The notes: generated by a model not told the origin, from the letters alone. DNA of 64,000 nt from Nannocystales bacterium (GCA_050633305.1 JBOEGF010000010.1:96001-160000), one strand, 5' to 3'; shown: positions 30,327 through 40,396, counted from the stretch's first letter. Program-made: numbers and translations.

Positions 30327-32153
30327 ATGGTCCGGGCAACAGCAACGACGATCGGTCTCCTTGCAGCGATGGCTGCTGGTGGCTGCTACCAGGGGGGGAG
30401 TGCAGGTGGGGCAGACACCGACACTTCGGACGGCGGCGAAACCGAACCTACGGACACCGAGGGCGAGGACGGCTCCGGTGAATCGGGAGATAGCGGGGAC
30501 GCCTTCGGGTGCGACGACAGTGTCTGGTCGGACTCGCTATCGATGCGGCGCCTCTCCGCCGTGCAGTACCGCAACACCGTCGAGTCGCTGGTGACTTGGG
30601 TTGCGGGGTCGCAGGCGCCCGACGTCCTCGGCGTGGTGACGCCGCTGTTCGACCGCGTGCCTGATGACGTTCCTCAGGCAGTGCACGGACCTCGGGGGGG
30701 GTTCCGGCGCCTCGATCAGAGCGTGCACCAGGCCCACATCGATGGGTCCTACGACGTGGCCCTTGCGGCGGCGACCCGCCTCACCCAAGACCACCTCGAG
30801 GCGTTGGCCGGCGCTTGCGCCGTGGATGGGGACCCCGGGAACGACAGCGCTTGCGTGGATAGCTTCATCCAGCGGTTCGGAGACCGAGCGCTTCGCCGCC
30901 CCCTTTCCGAGGAGGAGCGCGCTTTCTACCGCGATGTGTACGACGCGGACGGGCTCACCCAAGGTGCGGACCCCGAGGCGTTTGCTGACGTGGTCGTCGT
31001 CATGATGACGGCGCCCTCGTTCCTGTACCTGATCGAGCACGGAGAGGATGAGATCGAGGCTGTCGGCGGTGTGTACCACTTGGGCCCCTACGAGCTCGCA
31101 CAGCGGTTGAGCTACCAGTTCTGGCAAGCGCCTCCCGACGATGCGCTTCTCGCAGCGGCCGCGTCGGGCGAGCTCATGACTGACGAGGGCTACGAGGCGC
31201 AGGTCGACCGGGTGTTGGCCGACCCCCGATCCGAGTCCGCGGTTCGCGAGTTCTTCGGCGAGTGGCTCTGGCTCGAGGAGCTCCCTCCGATCGACGCGCG
31301 TGTCGGCACGCCGGTCTTCGACGCCTTCTTGGACGGTTTCGAAGTCACCCCTGACACGACGCAGAACATGGTCGATGAGGTCCTCGACGCCGCGTCGTAC
31401 TACGCCAGCGCAGGCGGGACGTTCGAGGAGTTCTTTCTCAGCGACCGCTCGTTTGCAACGACGCCCGACCTCGCTGAGATCTACGGCGTGCCGGTCTGGG
31501 ATGGCGGCGAGCCCCCGATGTTCCCACAGGCGGAGAGAGGTAGCCTCCTGGCGCGTGCTGCGTTCGTCGCCACCGGGTCGCCCAACACTCGGCCGATCAT
31601 GAAAGGCGTCCGGGTTCGCGAGGCGCTGCTCTGCGACCAACTGGCGCCTCCGCCGGACAACGCCGCTGGCAACCCGCCGGACCTTTCTCCCGACAGCACG
31701 ACCCGCGAGGTGGTGGAGATGCTGACTGAGCAAGCCGGCACGAGTTGCGCAGGGTGTCACCTGACCCAGATCAACCCACTGGGATACGTGACCGAGAGCT
31801 TTGACGCCCTTGGACGCCACCGGTCGCACCAGGTGCTGCTCGACGATGATGGCAACGTCACCGGAACGCGCGAGGTCGACACAACCTCGACCCCGTTGCT
31901 GACCCCTGGTGATGAGCGGCAGGCTTCGTCAGCCGCCGAGCTGGGCGCGATGATGCTGGAGAGCGAGCGGGTGCAGGCGTGTTTCGCCCGCAACTATGTG
32001 CGCTGGACATTCGGTCGCGCAGAAGACGACGTGGCTGACAGCTGCATGCTGCAGGACACGACGGACGCGTTGCTGGACGGGGCGTCGCTGCAGGATGTCT
32101 TGCGTGGCATGGCGCTTCGAGCAGAGTTCAAGACCCGAAAGATCGAGGAGTAG
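30327..32153 (+). CDS. DUF1592/DUF1588-type (PSD/PSCyt domains) cytochrome c lipoprotein
   Basis: GCYQG lipobox; RRLS..QYRNTV, RALRRPL, PSFLY, ELAQRLSY..W..PPDD, CAGCH..INPLG. Confidence 0.88.
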   Translation: MVRATATTIGLLAAMAAGGCYQGGSAGGADTDTSDGGETEPTDTEGEDGSGESGDSGDAFGCDDSVWSDSLSMRRLSAVQYRNTVESLVTWVAGSQAPDVLGVVTPLFDRVPDDVPQAVHGPRGGFRRLDQSVHQAHIDGSYDVALAAATRLTQDHLEALAGACAVDGDPGNDSACVDSFIQRFGDRALRRPLSEEERAFYRDVYDADGLTQGADPEAFADVVVVMMTAPSFLYLIEHGEDEIEAVGGVYHLGPYELAQRLSYQFWQAPPDDALLAAAASGELMTDEGYEAQVDRVLADPRSESAVREFFGEWLWLEELPPIDARVGTPVFDAFLDGFEVTPDTTQNMVDEVLDAASYYASAGGTFEEFFLSDRSFATTPDLAEIYGVPVWDGGEPPMFPQAERGSLLARAAFVATGSPNTRPIMKGVRVREALLCDQLAPPPDNAAGNPPDLSPDSTTREVVEMLTEQAGTSCAGCHLTQINPLGYVTESFDALGRHRSHQVLLDDDGNVTGTREVDTTSTPLLTPGDERQASSAAELGAMMLESERVQACFARNYVRWTFGRAEDDVADSCMLQDTTDALLDGASLQDVLRGMALRAEFKTRKIEE

Positions 32154-32157
32154 TTCG

Positions 32158-33690
32158 ATGAGCCGATTCAGCGCAACCCGTCGTCACTTCCTCCGCGGTG
32201 CAGGGGGCTTCTCGCTCGCCCTCCCGTTGCTCCCTTCGCTGATGCCCCGTGGGGCGGGAGCCAAGGGAACCTCTGCCATCCCGCCGCGCTTCGTCTCCAT
32301 CTGCACCCAGCACGGAGCGGTCTGGGAAGACTTCATGCACCCGAGCCAAGACACTCTTGGCGAGTCGATGAACTACGGGGGCCATACGATTCGCCGCGGC
32401 GACCTCGAGGTTGCCGTGCAGGGCGACCGCGCGAGCTTGTCGTCGGTGCTCTCGGGAGGTTCGGAGCTGCTCACGCCGGAGCTTGCCGCCAAGATGAACG
32501 TGATTCGCGGTCTCGACGTCCCGTTCTACATCGGTCACCACCGTGGAGGGCACCTCGGGAACTGGGCGGCCAACGACGGGAACGGGGAAGACGGTCAGGT
32601 CCAGCAGGGAAGCCCGACACCCTCGATCGACCAGGTGTTGGCCTACTCCGACGCGTTCTACGGGGACCTCGGCGCGGTGCTCGAGCGCAGCATGATCGTC
32701 GCAGACAGCCACTCCTACGGGTGGTCCAGTCCGCAGACCCAGTCTGGGGAAATCGTGCAGCTTCCGGCGGAGATCAGCTCGCTTGCGCTGTTCAACCGCA
32801 TCTTCGTGCCCGAGGAGGAAGAGACGTCGCCGCGCCCGCCGGTCATCGATCGGGTCTTGGAGAACTACAACTCGCTGCGCCAGAGCAATCGCCGACTCTC
32901 CGCGCGTGACCGCCAGAGGCTCGACGAGCACATCGAACGCATTGACGAGCTGCAGCGGCGCTTGGGTGTGACGGTGTCCTGCGGCGATGTGGACGTGCCG
33001 ACCACGGACTCCACCGAGCCGTTCTACGACCCCTCGTATCACATCAACCCGGCGCTCCAGGCCGACTTCTGGTCGCTGTTCAACGACGTGATCGTCACCG
33101 CGTTTCTCTGTGGCACGTCGAAGATCGCCGTCCTTGGTGTCACGCACCTGTTCAACGACTACACGGGGGACTGGCACCAGGACGTGGCACACCAAGCTCA
33201 CCTTCCCGACGGCGAGCGCCAAGGAAACCTGTGGGCAGCCAACCAGGCCACGTTCGAGGGCGTCATGCTGGACCTCATCGCCAAGCTCGATGTCGATGAG
33301 GGGGATGGGACGACCGTGTTGGACAACACCTTGGTCCAGTGGACGCAGGAATCCGGTCCCTTCACGCACGAGTCGATCGACACCACGGTCGTCACGGCGG
33401 GCGGCGCTGGTGGATGCCTGCGCACCGGTCAGTTCATCGACTACCGCAACAGGGACGTGCTGGCGGAGGAGAAGTTCTATCAAGGGACGCCGGTTCGGCT
33501 GCATCCGGGCCTGCTTCACCAGCAGTACCTCGGCTCGGCCTTGCAAGCGATGGGGCTGCAGCCCTCCGACTACGAGATCGATCCGGGCGGTGGGTATCCC
33601 AACTTGTTCATCGGCGAGGGCCGAGACCCGTTGTACCCGGAGTCGGTTCGCAACGTCCGAGGGGAGATGCTTCCGTGGCTCGAGGCGTAG
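32158..33690 (+). CDS. DUF1552 family Tat-exported protein
   Basis: RRHFLRGAGG..LALPLL.S; SIDQ; LS..DR.RLD.H; LDNT; AGGAGG. Confidence 0.88.
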   Translation: MSRFSATRRHFLRGAGGFSLALPLLPSLMPRGAGAKGTSAIPPRFVSICTQHGAVWEDFMHPSQDTLGESMNYGGHTIRRGDLEVAVQGDRASLSSVLSGGSELLTPELAAKMNVIRGLDVPFYIGHHRGGHLGNWAANDGNGEDGQVQQGSPTPSIDQVLAYSDAFYGDLGAVLERSMIVADSHSYGWSSPQTQSGEIVQLPAEISSLALFNRIFVPEEEETSPRPPVIDRVLENYNSLRQSNRRLSARDRQRLDEHIERIDELQRRLGVTVSCGDVDVPTTDSTEPFYDPSYHINPALQADFWSLFNDVIVTAFLCGTSKIAVLGVTHLFNDYTGDWHQDVAHQAHLPDGERQGNLWAANQATFEGVMLDLIAKLDVDEGDGTTVLDNTLVQWTQESGPFTHESIDTTVVTAGGAGGCLRTGQFIDYRNRDVLAEEKFYQGTPVRLHPGLLHQQYLGSALQAMGLQPSDYEIDPGGGYPNLFIGEGRDPLYPESVRNVRGEMLPWLEA

Positions 33691-34901
33691 CCGCTTTCAC
33701 TCTTGTGGCGCTGCTCGGGTGCGACTCCGACGCGGGCGACGGAGGAGACACCGACGCAGGAAGCTCCGGTCGCGTTGAGCCGACGGCCACCGACGGCGCG
33801 AGTGCAGGACCGACCACGGACTCCCAGTCCAGCACATCCGGCCAAGACGGCACGAGCAGTGATGGCCCGCAAACGTCGACCGACGATGGCTCGACCTCGG
33901 GTGGTCCCACCGAGACCGAGGGCAGTACGGGGGAGCCGGAGGGGGTTCCGGTCGTGGTGTCCCTGGCGCATGGCGGTCAGACCGCACGAAGCTGTGATGG
34001 GCAGAGCTGGACCGACTTTCACGAGTTTGGCATCCAAGATGACCACAGCGACTACGCAGCGTTTGGGGGCCTGACGTTTGGGAACGGAGCGTTCGTTGCG
34101 GCCACCGGATGGGGCGCGCCGGCTCACATTTTGCGCTCGACCGATGGCGTGACTTGGGAGGACCTCTCCGACGAGGCGTTCGTGACCCCTGAAGGGGTGG
34201 CGCGGCCTGGCAACGGCGCCAGCGGAGTGGAGTTTGTGGGAGACGAGTTTGTGTTGCTTGCAGGTTCGTACCTGTGGCGCTCGGCGGACGGCAACACCTG
34301 GACGGCGGAGCAACCCGAGACACTCTCGTACTCCGGCCACTTTCGCGAAGTCGAATACCTGCCTGAGCCAGGGCTCTTGCTGATCGCCACCGAGGCTTAC
34401 GAGGCGCAGCAGTCCTGGACGATTCAAGTCAGCGCGGACGGAGGTGCGACCTGGCACAGTGGCACGGGGGCGACCGCCGAGTGCGTCGGCTACGTGCAGC
34501 ACGTCGGTGGATTCACCGCGCACGACGGTCGGCTTCTGATCGGTGGGGGCGCGGGTCCAACCTGCGTCAGTGACGACGGCGGACTCACCTGGGTCGAGGC
34601 TGGAAACGTGGGCTCGGAGATCGCCGACGTTGCGTCATACGAGGGAGGATTCCTCGCGCTTGTGCAGAGCGGGGAGGTGTTCGCGAGCGAAGATGGCGAG
34701 GCCTGGGCCCCGCTGGGCAACGCCGGCCTTGATGGTGGGCGCCTGGGATGGCACCCCGAGCTCGGTTTCTTCGGCGAAGGCGGGGCCGTGTACGCTCACT
34801 CGCCCGACGGAGCGACGTGGACCGACGCGGCCTCGCAGCCACCGGAGGGGTTCATCCATGTCCGGGAGTTCGCCGTCGGTCGACTTCCGTCCTGCCCCTA
34901 G
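33675..34901 (+). CDS. BNR/Asp-box beta-propeller lipoprotein
   Basis: LLGC lipobox; repeated S.DGG.TW / S.DG..W. Confidence 0.78.
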   Translation: MARGVAAFTLVALLGCDSDAGDGGDTDAGSSGRVEPTATDGASAGPTTDSQSSTSGQDGTSSDGPQTSTDDGSTSGGPTETEGSTGEPEGVPVVVSLAHGGQTARSCDGQSWTDFHEFGIQDDHSDYAAFGGLTFGNGAFVAATGWGAPAHILRSTDGVTWEDLSDEAFVTPEGVARPGNGASGVEFVGDEFVLLAGSYLWRSADGNTWTAEQPETLSYSGHFREVEYLPEPGLLLIATEAYEAQQSWTIQVSADGGATWHSGTGATAECVGYVQHVGGFTAHDGRLLIGGGAGPTCVSDDGGLTWVEAGNVGSEIADVASYEGGFLALVQSGEVFASEDGEAWAPLGNAGLDGGRLGWHPELGFFGEGGAVYAHSPDGATWTDAASQPPEGFIHVREFAVGRLPSCP

Positions 34902-34916
34902 CAGGCATGGAAGAGG

Positions 34917-35516
34917 TTACTCGAAGCGTACCTGGAGGTGCGTGCGCTCGGGCTCAAACGCGATGGGCTTGCAGTAGACGTTCTCGTAGCCCTTGACCTC
35001 GAGCGCAGCCCGCATGGCTGTGGCGTAGCAGCGACCAAGAATCGGAGGCACCAAGTGTGGCGGGTGGACGATATAGACCTCCCAGTGGTCGTCCCCGCCG
35101 ACGACGATCAGTTCCGTACCTCGGTGCAGCTGCGAATAGGTGACCGACGCCCCTTTGACAGCTCGGCTCTTGGACAACAGACCCAGGAGGATGCGGTACA
35201 TCGGCTTGTTCACCAGGGTGCGGTTGCGTTCCAATGCGTCCGCGACAAAGGCATCGTCGCTCTCGAAGAACCGCTCTCGGAGCCCGAGGTACACCATCGT
35301 CGCGTGAACCTCTGGGACCCACCGCGTGACGGGAAACTCTCGTTGAAGGAGGGGGTGGACGGCGTCGGGAAGGCTGCTGACCAGGGCCGTTGCGTCGTGG
35401 CCCTCCAGCCACGTCGCGACCACGGAGTATTTGACCTCCGCCTCGGGAAACGCGTCGATTCCACCGGGAAGTTGGTCCAGGTAGGCCGCAACGCGTGGCA
35501 GGACGGAGGCAGCCAC
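34917..35516 (-). CDS. Hypothetical cytoplasmic protein (myxobacterial type)
   Basis: Coherent globular ORF (YLDQLPGG...WVPEVH) filling the gap between flanking genes; start uncertain. Confidence 0.6.
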   Translation of the reverse strand: MAASVLPRVAAYLDQLPGGIDAFPEAEVKYSVVATWLEGHDATALVSSLPDAVHPLLQREFPVTRWVPEVHATMVYLGLRERFFESDDAFVADALERNRTLVNKPMYRILLGLLSKSRAVKGASVTYSQLHRGTELIVVGGDDHWEVYIVHPPHLVPPILGRCYATAMRAALEVKGYENVYCKPIAFEPERTHLQVRFE

Positions 35517-35650
35517 CAACGACAAGATAGCGGAACTCGAGCGAACACGGACCCTCAAGTTTGGAGGCGCGGTGCGTCCACGTCGCGACAGTCGAAATCT
35601 CCTTCGCGATCGGCCGCGCTAGGGTTCACCGGGGGCTGCTAGGCTGCGGC

Positions 35651-36637
35651 ATGACTCGGGGCTCGGTAGGCGCTCAGGCGTTTTGGGTTGTGCAGCCAGG
35701 TGTAGGCGAGCTGCGCTCGCTGGATGTTCCCGCGCCCGAGCGTGACCAGGTCCGGATTCGGACCCTGTTCTCTGGCGTCAGTCGTGGCACCGAGTCCCTC
35801 GTCTTTCACGGGCGGGTCCCCCGAGCCGAGCACGAACGGATGCGTGGTCCGCATCAGGAAGGCTCGCTGGCACTGCCGGTCAAGTACGGCTACTGCCTCA
35901 TTGGGGAAGTCACCGAAGGGGAAGGCGCAGGTCGTCGGGTGTTCTGCCTTCACCCACACCAAAGCTGGGCCTGCGTCGAATCGAGCATGGTGACCGAGCT
36001 ACCCGGCACGCTTCCGCCCGGACGCGCGGTCCTCACCGCAAACATGGAGACCGCACTCAACGCGACGTGGGACGGCGGCGTCTCTCCCGGCGACCGCGTT
36101 GTGGTGGTTGGCGGAGGGGTGGTCGGATGTTTGGTCGCCTACCTGTGTGGCCGCATCCCCGGCACGAACGTTCAACTCGTCGATGTCGACGAGCGGAGGG
36201 AAGCCGTCGCGTCCGCGCTGGGCGTCGACTTCGCGGTCCCGCCGGGGACGTGGTCCGAAGCCGACGTTGTGTTTCACGCGAGCGCCACTTCTGCTGGCCT
36301 GCAGACCGCAGTCGATGCCTCTGGTCTCGAGGCACGGATCGTCGAGGTGAGCTGGTACGGCGACAAGCCCGTCTCGCTCGAGCTCGGGGCTCAGTTCCAC
36401 CCCGGTCGCCTTCAGATCGTCTCCTCCCAAGTCGGCCGTATTCCAGCCTCACGGGCTGCTCGCTGGAGCTACGGACGTCGGCTCCGTGTGGCCCTCGAGT
36501 TGCTCTGCGACGACGTGCTCGACGTGCTGATCTCCGGAGAGTCTCCGTTCGAGACCATGCCCGCCGTGATGTCTCGCATTTTGGCGCCCGCATCGGAGCG
36601 ATCCGAGCCGGTGTTGTGCCACCGGATCTGCTACTGA
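35651..36637 (+). CDS. Medium-chain dehydrogenase/reductase, BchC-like subfamily
   Basis: SGVSRGTE, PVKYGY, HPHQ, ANMETALN, VGGGVVG, SSQVG. Confidence 0.88.
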   Translation: MTRGSVGAQAFWVVQPGVGELRSLDVPAPERDQVRIRTLFSGVSRGTESLVFHGRVPRAEHERMRGPHQEGSLALPVKYGYCLIGEVTEGEGAGRRVFCLHPHQSWACVESSMVTELPGTLPPGRAVLTANMETALNATWDGGVSPGDRVVVVGGGVVGCLVAYLCGRIPGTNVQLVDVDERREAVASALGVDFAVPPGTWSEADVVFHASATSAGLQTAVDASGLEARIVEVSWYGDKPVSLELGAQFHPGRLQIVSSQVGRIPASRAARWSYGRRLRVALELLCDDVLDVLISGESPFETMPAVMSRILAPASERSEPVLCHRICY

Positions 36638-36643
36638 GTGGCC

Positions 36644-37042
36644 ATGTTTACCGTCTGCGTCCGCGACCACGTCATGATCGCCCACAGTTTTCGCGGTGAG
36701 GTCTTCGGACCCGCCCAGCGCCTTCACGGTGCCACCTATGTGGTCGACGTCGAGTTCCGCCGCGCCGAGCTCGACGTCAACGGTCTCGTCGTCGACATCG
36801 GCCGAGCCTCCGACGCGCTCAAGGCCATCGTCGGAGACTACGCCTACCGGAACCTCGACGAGATGCCCGAGTTCGAGGGCAAGAACACCACGACCGAGGC
36901 CTTGGCCAAAGTGATCTTCGACAAGATGAAAGCCAAGATCGACTCCGGCGTGGTTGGACCTGGCTCGGATGGGCTCGCGTCGATGAAGGTGTCGCTGCAC
37001 GAGTCGCACGTGGCTTGGGCTGCGTACGACGCTGCGTTGTGA
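36644..37042 (+). CDS. 6-pyruvoyl-tetrahydropterin synthase-like T-fold protein (non-QueD subfamily)
   Basis: [43 protein letters not shown]; lacks the QueD C-xxx-HGH motif. Confidence 0.9.
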   Translation: MFTVCVRDHVMIAHSFRGEVFGPAQRLHGATYVVDVEFRRAELDVNGLVVDIGRASDALKAIVGDYAYRNLDEMPEFEGKNTTTEALAKVIFDKMKAKIDSGVVGPGSDGLASMKVSLHESHVAWAAYDAAL

Positions 37043-37152
37043 CCGGAGCTTGTCGCTCACCGGTTGCTGGCCTGCGCGAGCTGGGCCAACGCCGCTTCCC
37101 GTGTTGTCCTGCTTCGATTGCGAGGCACGACCGGGGCTGATAACCCGGCAGG

Positions 37153-38190
37153 GTGCTGTTGGCTTCGCTTGCCGTACTGGTGCTGGCTCCGGAAGCGGAC
37201 GCGACCGAACAGCGCTGGCCCGCCGCCTACGAATTGACGTGGGAGGCACCTCCGTCGTGTCCAGAAGCGGAGGAGCTGAGGGAGCGCATCGCCGCACTCG
37301 CCCCCAACGCTGCCGGGGGCGACGGATTGATGCACGTGGCGGCGACCGTCGTGCAGTTGTCAGACCGGTTTTCTGTTCGTATCGCCACGGACTTCGCAGG
37401 TCGGCATGATGAGCGTTCCGCCGAGTCCGAGACCTGCGGGGACTTGGTCGACGCGACCGCGCTGGTCGTGGCAGTTGCACTCGAGCCCGGGGCCGAGGCG
37501 CCGCGAGTCTCGAAGTCTCCGACGCCAATCATTCCGCGACCACGTATCCCCGAGCCCGAACCGCCGAACTCCTCGGACCAGCTTGAGGTCACTGGTGCGC
37601 GAACATCGAAGGTTGTGGAGCCGGACCGCGGTGCATCGGATTCGCCGAGTGTGACACCTCAGCCGTTTCGCTTGTCTCCGCCGGACGCGATTCTCGTTCG
37701 AATCGCTCCGCTGGTCGAGTTCGGGAGCTTGCCGTCTGTCGATGCGGGCACGGCCCTGACCGCCGGTGTTCGGTGGGCTCATTGGCGTGCGGAGGTGTTC
37801 GGGCTGTATCTGTTTCCTCAGCGGCAGACCTTCGACCGGACCCGAAGCGTGCTGCAACTCGGAGCGGCCGGGGCACGCGTGTGTCACCGACTTCTCTCCG
37901 GCCGGGTGGAGTTTCCGACCTGTCTGGGGCTCGAGGCTGGAGCCTTGCGGGCGCAGACCCAGGGGCAGCGGCCGCGAACCACCCTCAGCCTGCCTTGGCT
38001 GGCGCCATCCGTCCGCGGGGGGGTGGCGGTGGGTGGAGAGCACGTTGGCTTCTTTGCGGCAGGGGAAGTTGCTGTTTCGGTGCTGGTCCCTCGGATCTTG
38101 GTGGGTGACGAAAGTGCATTCCGCACCCGGGCGGTGTCTCTGCGGGCGTTGGCGGGGGTTGAGTTCTTTCTTCCAATAGATCGACGTTGA
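37153..38190 (+). CDS. Exported protein with Pro-rich linker and beta-barrel-like C-terminal domain
   Basis: Signal peptide; W.AP..CP; amphipathic strands ending LAGVEFF. Confidence 0.68.
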   Translation: MLLASLAVLVLAPEADATEQRWPAAYELTWEAPPSCPEAEELRERIAALAPNAAGGDGLMHVAATVVQLSDRFSVRIATDFAGRHDERSAESETCGDLVDATALVVAVALEPGAEAPRVSKSPTPIIPRPRIPEPEPPNSSDQLEVTGARTSKVVEPDRGASDSPSVTPQPFRLSPPDAILVRIAPLVEFGSLPSVDAGTALTAGVRWAHWRAEVFGLYLFPQRQTFDRTRSVLQLGAAGARVCHRLLSGRVEFPTCLGLEAGALRAQTQGQRPRTTLSLPWLAPSVRGGVAVGGEHVGFFAAGEVAVSVLVPRILVGDESAFRTRAVSLRALAGVEFFLPIDRR

Positions 38191-38198
38191 TGTGGACA
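38176..38198 (+). promoter_or_regulatory. Candidate ECF promoter ATAGAT-N12-GGACA (copy 1)
   Basis: Same motif and spacing at 39398-39420; 12 nt upstream of GTG 38211. Confidence 0.55.
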
Positions 38199-38210
38199 CT
38201 GGGGAGGCAA

Positions 38211-39401
38211 GTGGCCGAAGCCAGCCAACCGATCAGCCCGGACTGCGACTTTCGCGCCGTCTACGACGGCTACCACGGCTTCGTTTGGTACACGCTGCAC
38301 CGTCTCGGCATCGCCCCGGAGGCGGTTGAGGACGCGGTTCAGGATGTCTTCGTGGTCGCGTTTCGGCGACGGTCCACGTTCGAGGGTCCCTCTGCCAAGG
38401 CGTGGCTCTACGGCATCGCTCGACGGGTCGCGAGCAACTACCGCCGTTCGCGTCGGCGTCGTCGGGAACGCATCCGGGCGCTGGGGACCGCATCGCCTCG
38501 CACGGCGACCGCGGATGCACGCGAGGCGATCGAGACGCTCAATCGCTACCTTGCGGGACTCAGTGTCACCGATCGAGAGATCTTCGTTCTCGCTGAGGTC
38601 GAGGGAATGACGGGTCCTGAGATCTCAGCGGCGTTCGGTCGTAATCTGCAGACGACCTACACCCGTATGCGCAAGCTTCGGTTGGGGTTCCGGGCAGCGC
38701 TGGCGGATCCAGCGGCCGTTAAACGAGACCACCCGCGCGCGAGCGCGGGCTCTTGGGCGGCCCTTGCTTCCGTGCTGAGCGAGTCACCGCTGGTGGCGAC
38801 CGGATGGACGGCTTCTCTGAGCTCGGCATGGATTGCCATCGGACTGGGCGCGACTGTGGCAGTGGCCGGGCTCGTCGTCGTCGATCGCGTCTTGCCCGAT
38901 ACGGCCCACATTCGACGCGCTGGCGTTGTGTCCAAGCCGGACCCTCGACCGCGGCCTGCCGATGCGGGGGAGGACTCCCAGCTGGCTGCCCCCGCGCCCC
39001 AACAACTCTCGCCCACGAAACCGGGATTGGCAGCTGAAGAGGACTCTGAGTCCGCGGCCGAGGCGATGGTTCGAGCTCCGAGTCACATCGTCGTCTCTCC
39101 CACCCCAACGCGGGAACGGCCGGGGCCCCGTGCCCTTGCGCCGGAGAACGCGCTGCTCCGAGATGCCGCGTCTGCGCTGGGACGTGGTGAATTCCAGGAG
39201 GCGCTGGAGTTCACCGACCGACACGCGGAGCAGTTCTCTCGCAGCGCGTTCACGGACCTGCGATCGGCGATTCGGATTCAGGCCCTGTGTGGACTAGGGA
39301 AGGTCGTGCAGGCCCGTGGCGAAGCTGCGTTGTTCCTTCGTCACTACCCCGAGTCAGCGGCCGCCGTCCGGGTTGAAAAGAGTTGTGCAGGCCCGTCATA
39401 G
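38211..39401 (+). CDS. ECF sigma factor fused to TM + Pro-rich + TPR (anti-sigma-like) extension
   Basis: EDAVQDVF, WLYGIARR, EGMTGPEI...TTYTRM, then a TM helix and ...R.QALC.LG...A..F...YPES; GGGGAGG RBS. Confidence 0.82.
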   Translation: MAEASQPISPDCDFRAVYDGYHGFVWYTLHRLGIAPEAVEDAVQDVFVVAFRRRSTFEGPSAKAWLYGIARRVASNYRRSRRRRRERIRALGTASPRTATADAREAIETLNRYLAGLSVTDREIFVLAEVEGMTGPEISAAFGRNLQTTYTRMRKLRLGFRAALADPAAVKRDHPRASAGSWAALASVLSESPLVATGWTASLSSAWIAIGLGATVAVAGLVVVDRVLPDTAHIRRAGVVSKPDPRPRPADAGEDSQLAAPAPQQLSPTKPGLAAEEDSESAAEAMVRAPSHIVVSPTPTRERPGPRALAPENALLRDAASALGRGEFQEALEFTDRHAEQFSRSAFTDLRSAIRIQALCGLGKVVQARGEAALFLRHYPESAAAVRVEKSCAGPS

Positions 39402-39420
39402 ATGCGGGCGCAGCCGGACA
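39398..39420 (+). promoter_or_regulatory. Candidate ECF promoter ATAGAT-N12-GGACA (copy 2)
   Basis: 10 nt upstream of lipoprotein ATG 39431. Confidence 0.55.
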
Positions 39421-39430
39421 AGTCAGGAAC

Positions 39431-40309
39431 ATGAACACGCGTTTGCTCCGAACTTCGGTCCTCATTGTTTCGTTTCCCTTCGCGGGATGTGTGCAGTCCG
39501 GAGTGTTGGACGAAACAGGGACCGAGAACACGACAGACCCCTCGGGGAGCGAAACCCAGGGGGCGTCTTCAGAGGACTCGGGGCCTGGAACAATGCCCTC
39601 TGGGGATAGCGATGAGACGCTCGAGTCCGGAAGCAGCGGGGACGGGGGCGGGTTTTCCTGCGTCGACTACAGCCCTCCCGCGTTGGACTGTGGGACGAAC
39701 GCCGGGGCGACGGCCTCGGTTGGGTACTCCGTAGATACGCTCGGCCCTCTCCGAGATACCGAGTGCACGGTCGTCCGCATCCAGGATGCGAACGAGGGCA
39801 GCGTCGAACTGGAGTTCGCTTGCCCCACGGGCATCGCGAGCCTCTTCGTCTCGACACATCTTGCGGAGCTCCCTGTACCGTTCTCGGAGGGAGACTCGGT
39901 ACTGCTTACCGTTCAATCGCAGGGCTCCTCGTCCGTTGTTCGTTCGCTCAGTGGCCGACTCCTACTCGGCTACGTGGCCGTCGAAGGCTTCGAAGCGGAC
40001 GTCGATCTTGGGGCAATCGAGATCGTACACGGACTCAGCGGGTGCCCCGCCGAAGCGGAGTCCTCGGCGTCTTGCACCGAGGACGGATCGGTCTCCACCG
40101 CTCGCACCGCGCTCAAAGTGGCATCGGGCGGCCCGACGGGAGCGACCGTGTTCGAAGGACAGTCCGAGATCATCGAGCAGGGGGGGCGTTCGTTCCTCTT
40201 CGTCGTCGACGTCGCCCGGGAGCTGGTCTGCTGGGACGAGGACTGCACCACCGACGCGCCGTGGCTAGAGGACGGGGGGGCGATGGCCTTCCTACTCGTT
40301 GCTCAGTGA
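39431..40309 (+). CDS. Hypothetical lipoprotein
   Basis: FAGC lipobox, S/T/E linker, Cys-containing beta-rich domain. Confidence 0.68.
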   Translation: MNTRLLRTSVLIVSFPFAGCVQSGVLDETGTENTTDPSGSETQGASSEDSGPGTMPSGDSDETLESGSSGDGGGFSCVDYSPPALDCGTNAGATASVGYSVDTLGPLRDTECTVVRIQDANEGSVELEFACPTGIASLFVSTHLAELPVPFSEGDSVLLTVQSQGSSSVVRSLSGRLLLGYVAVEGFEADVDLGAIEIVHGLSGCPAEAESSASCTEDGSVSTARTALKVASGGPTGATVFEGQSEIIEQGGRSFLFVVDVARELVCWDEDCTTDAPWLEDGGAMAFLLVAQ

Positions 40310-40396
40310 GGAAGCTGAGGGAGTCGAGGGGCTTGTGGGAGGCGACGACGGAAGCTTCGCTTCGCTGGCGAAAGCTGCGTATCCTACCCGCCCGCA

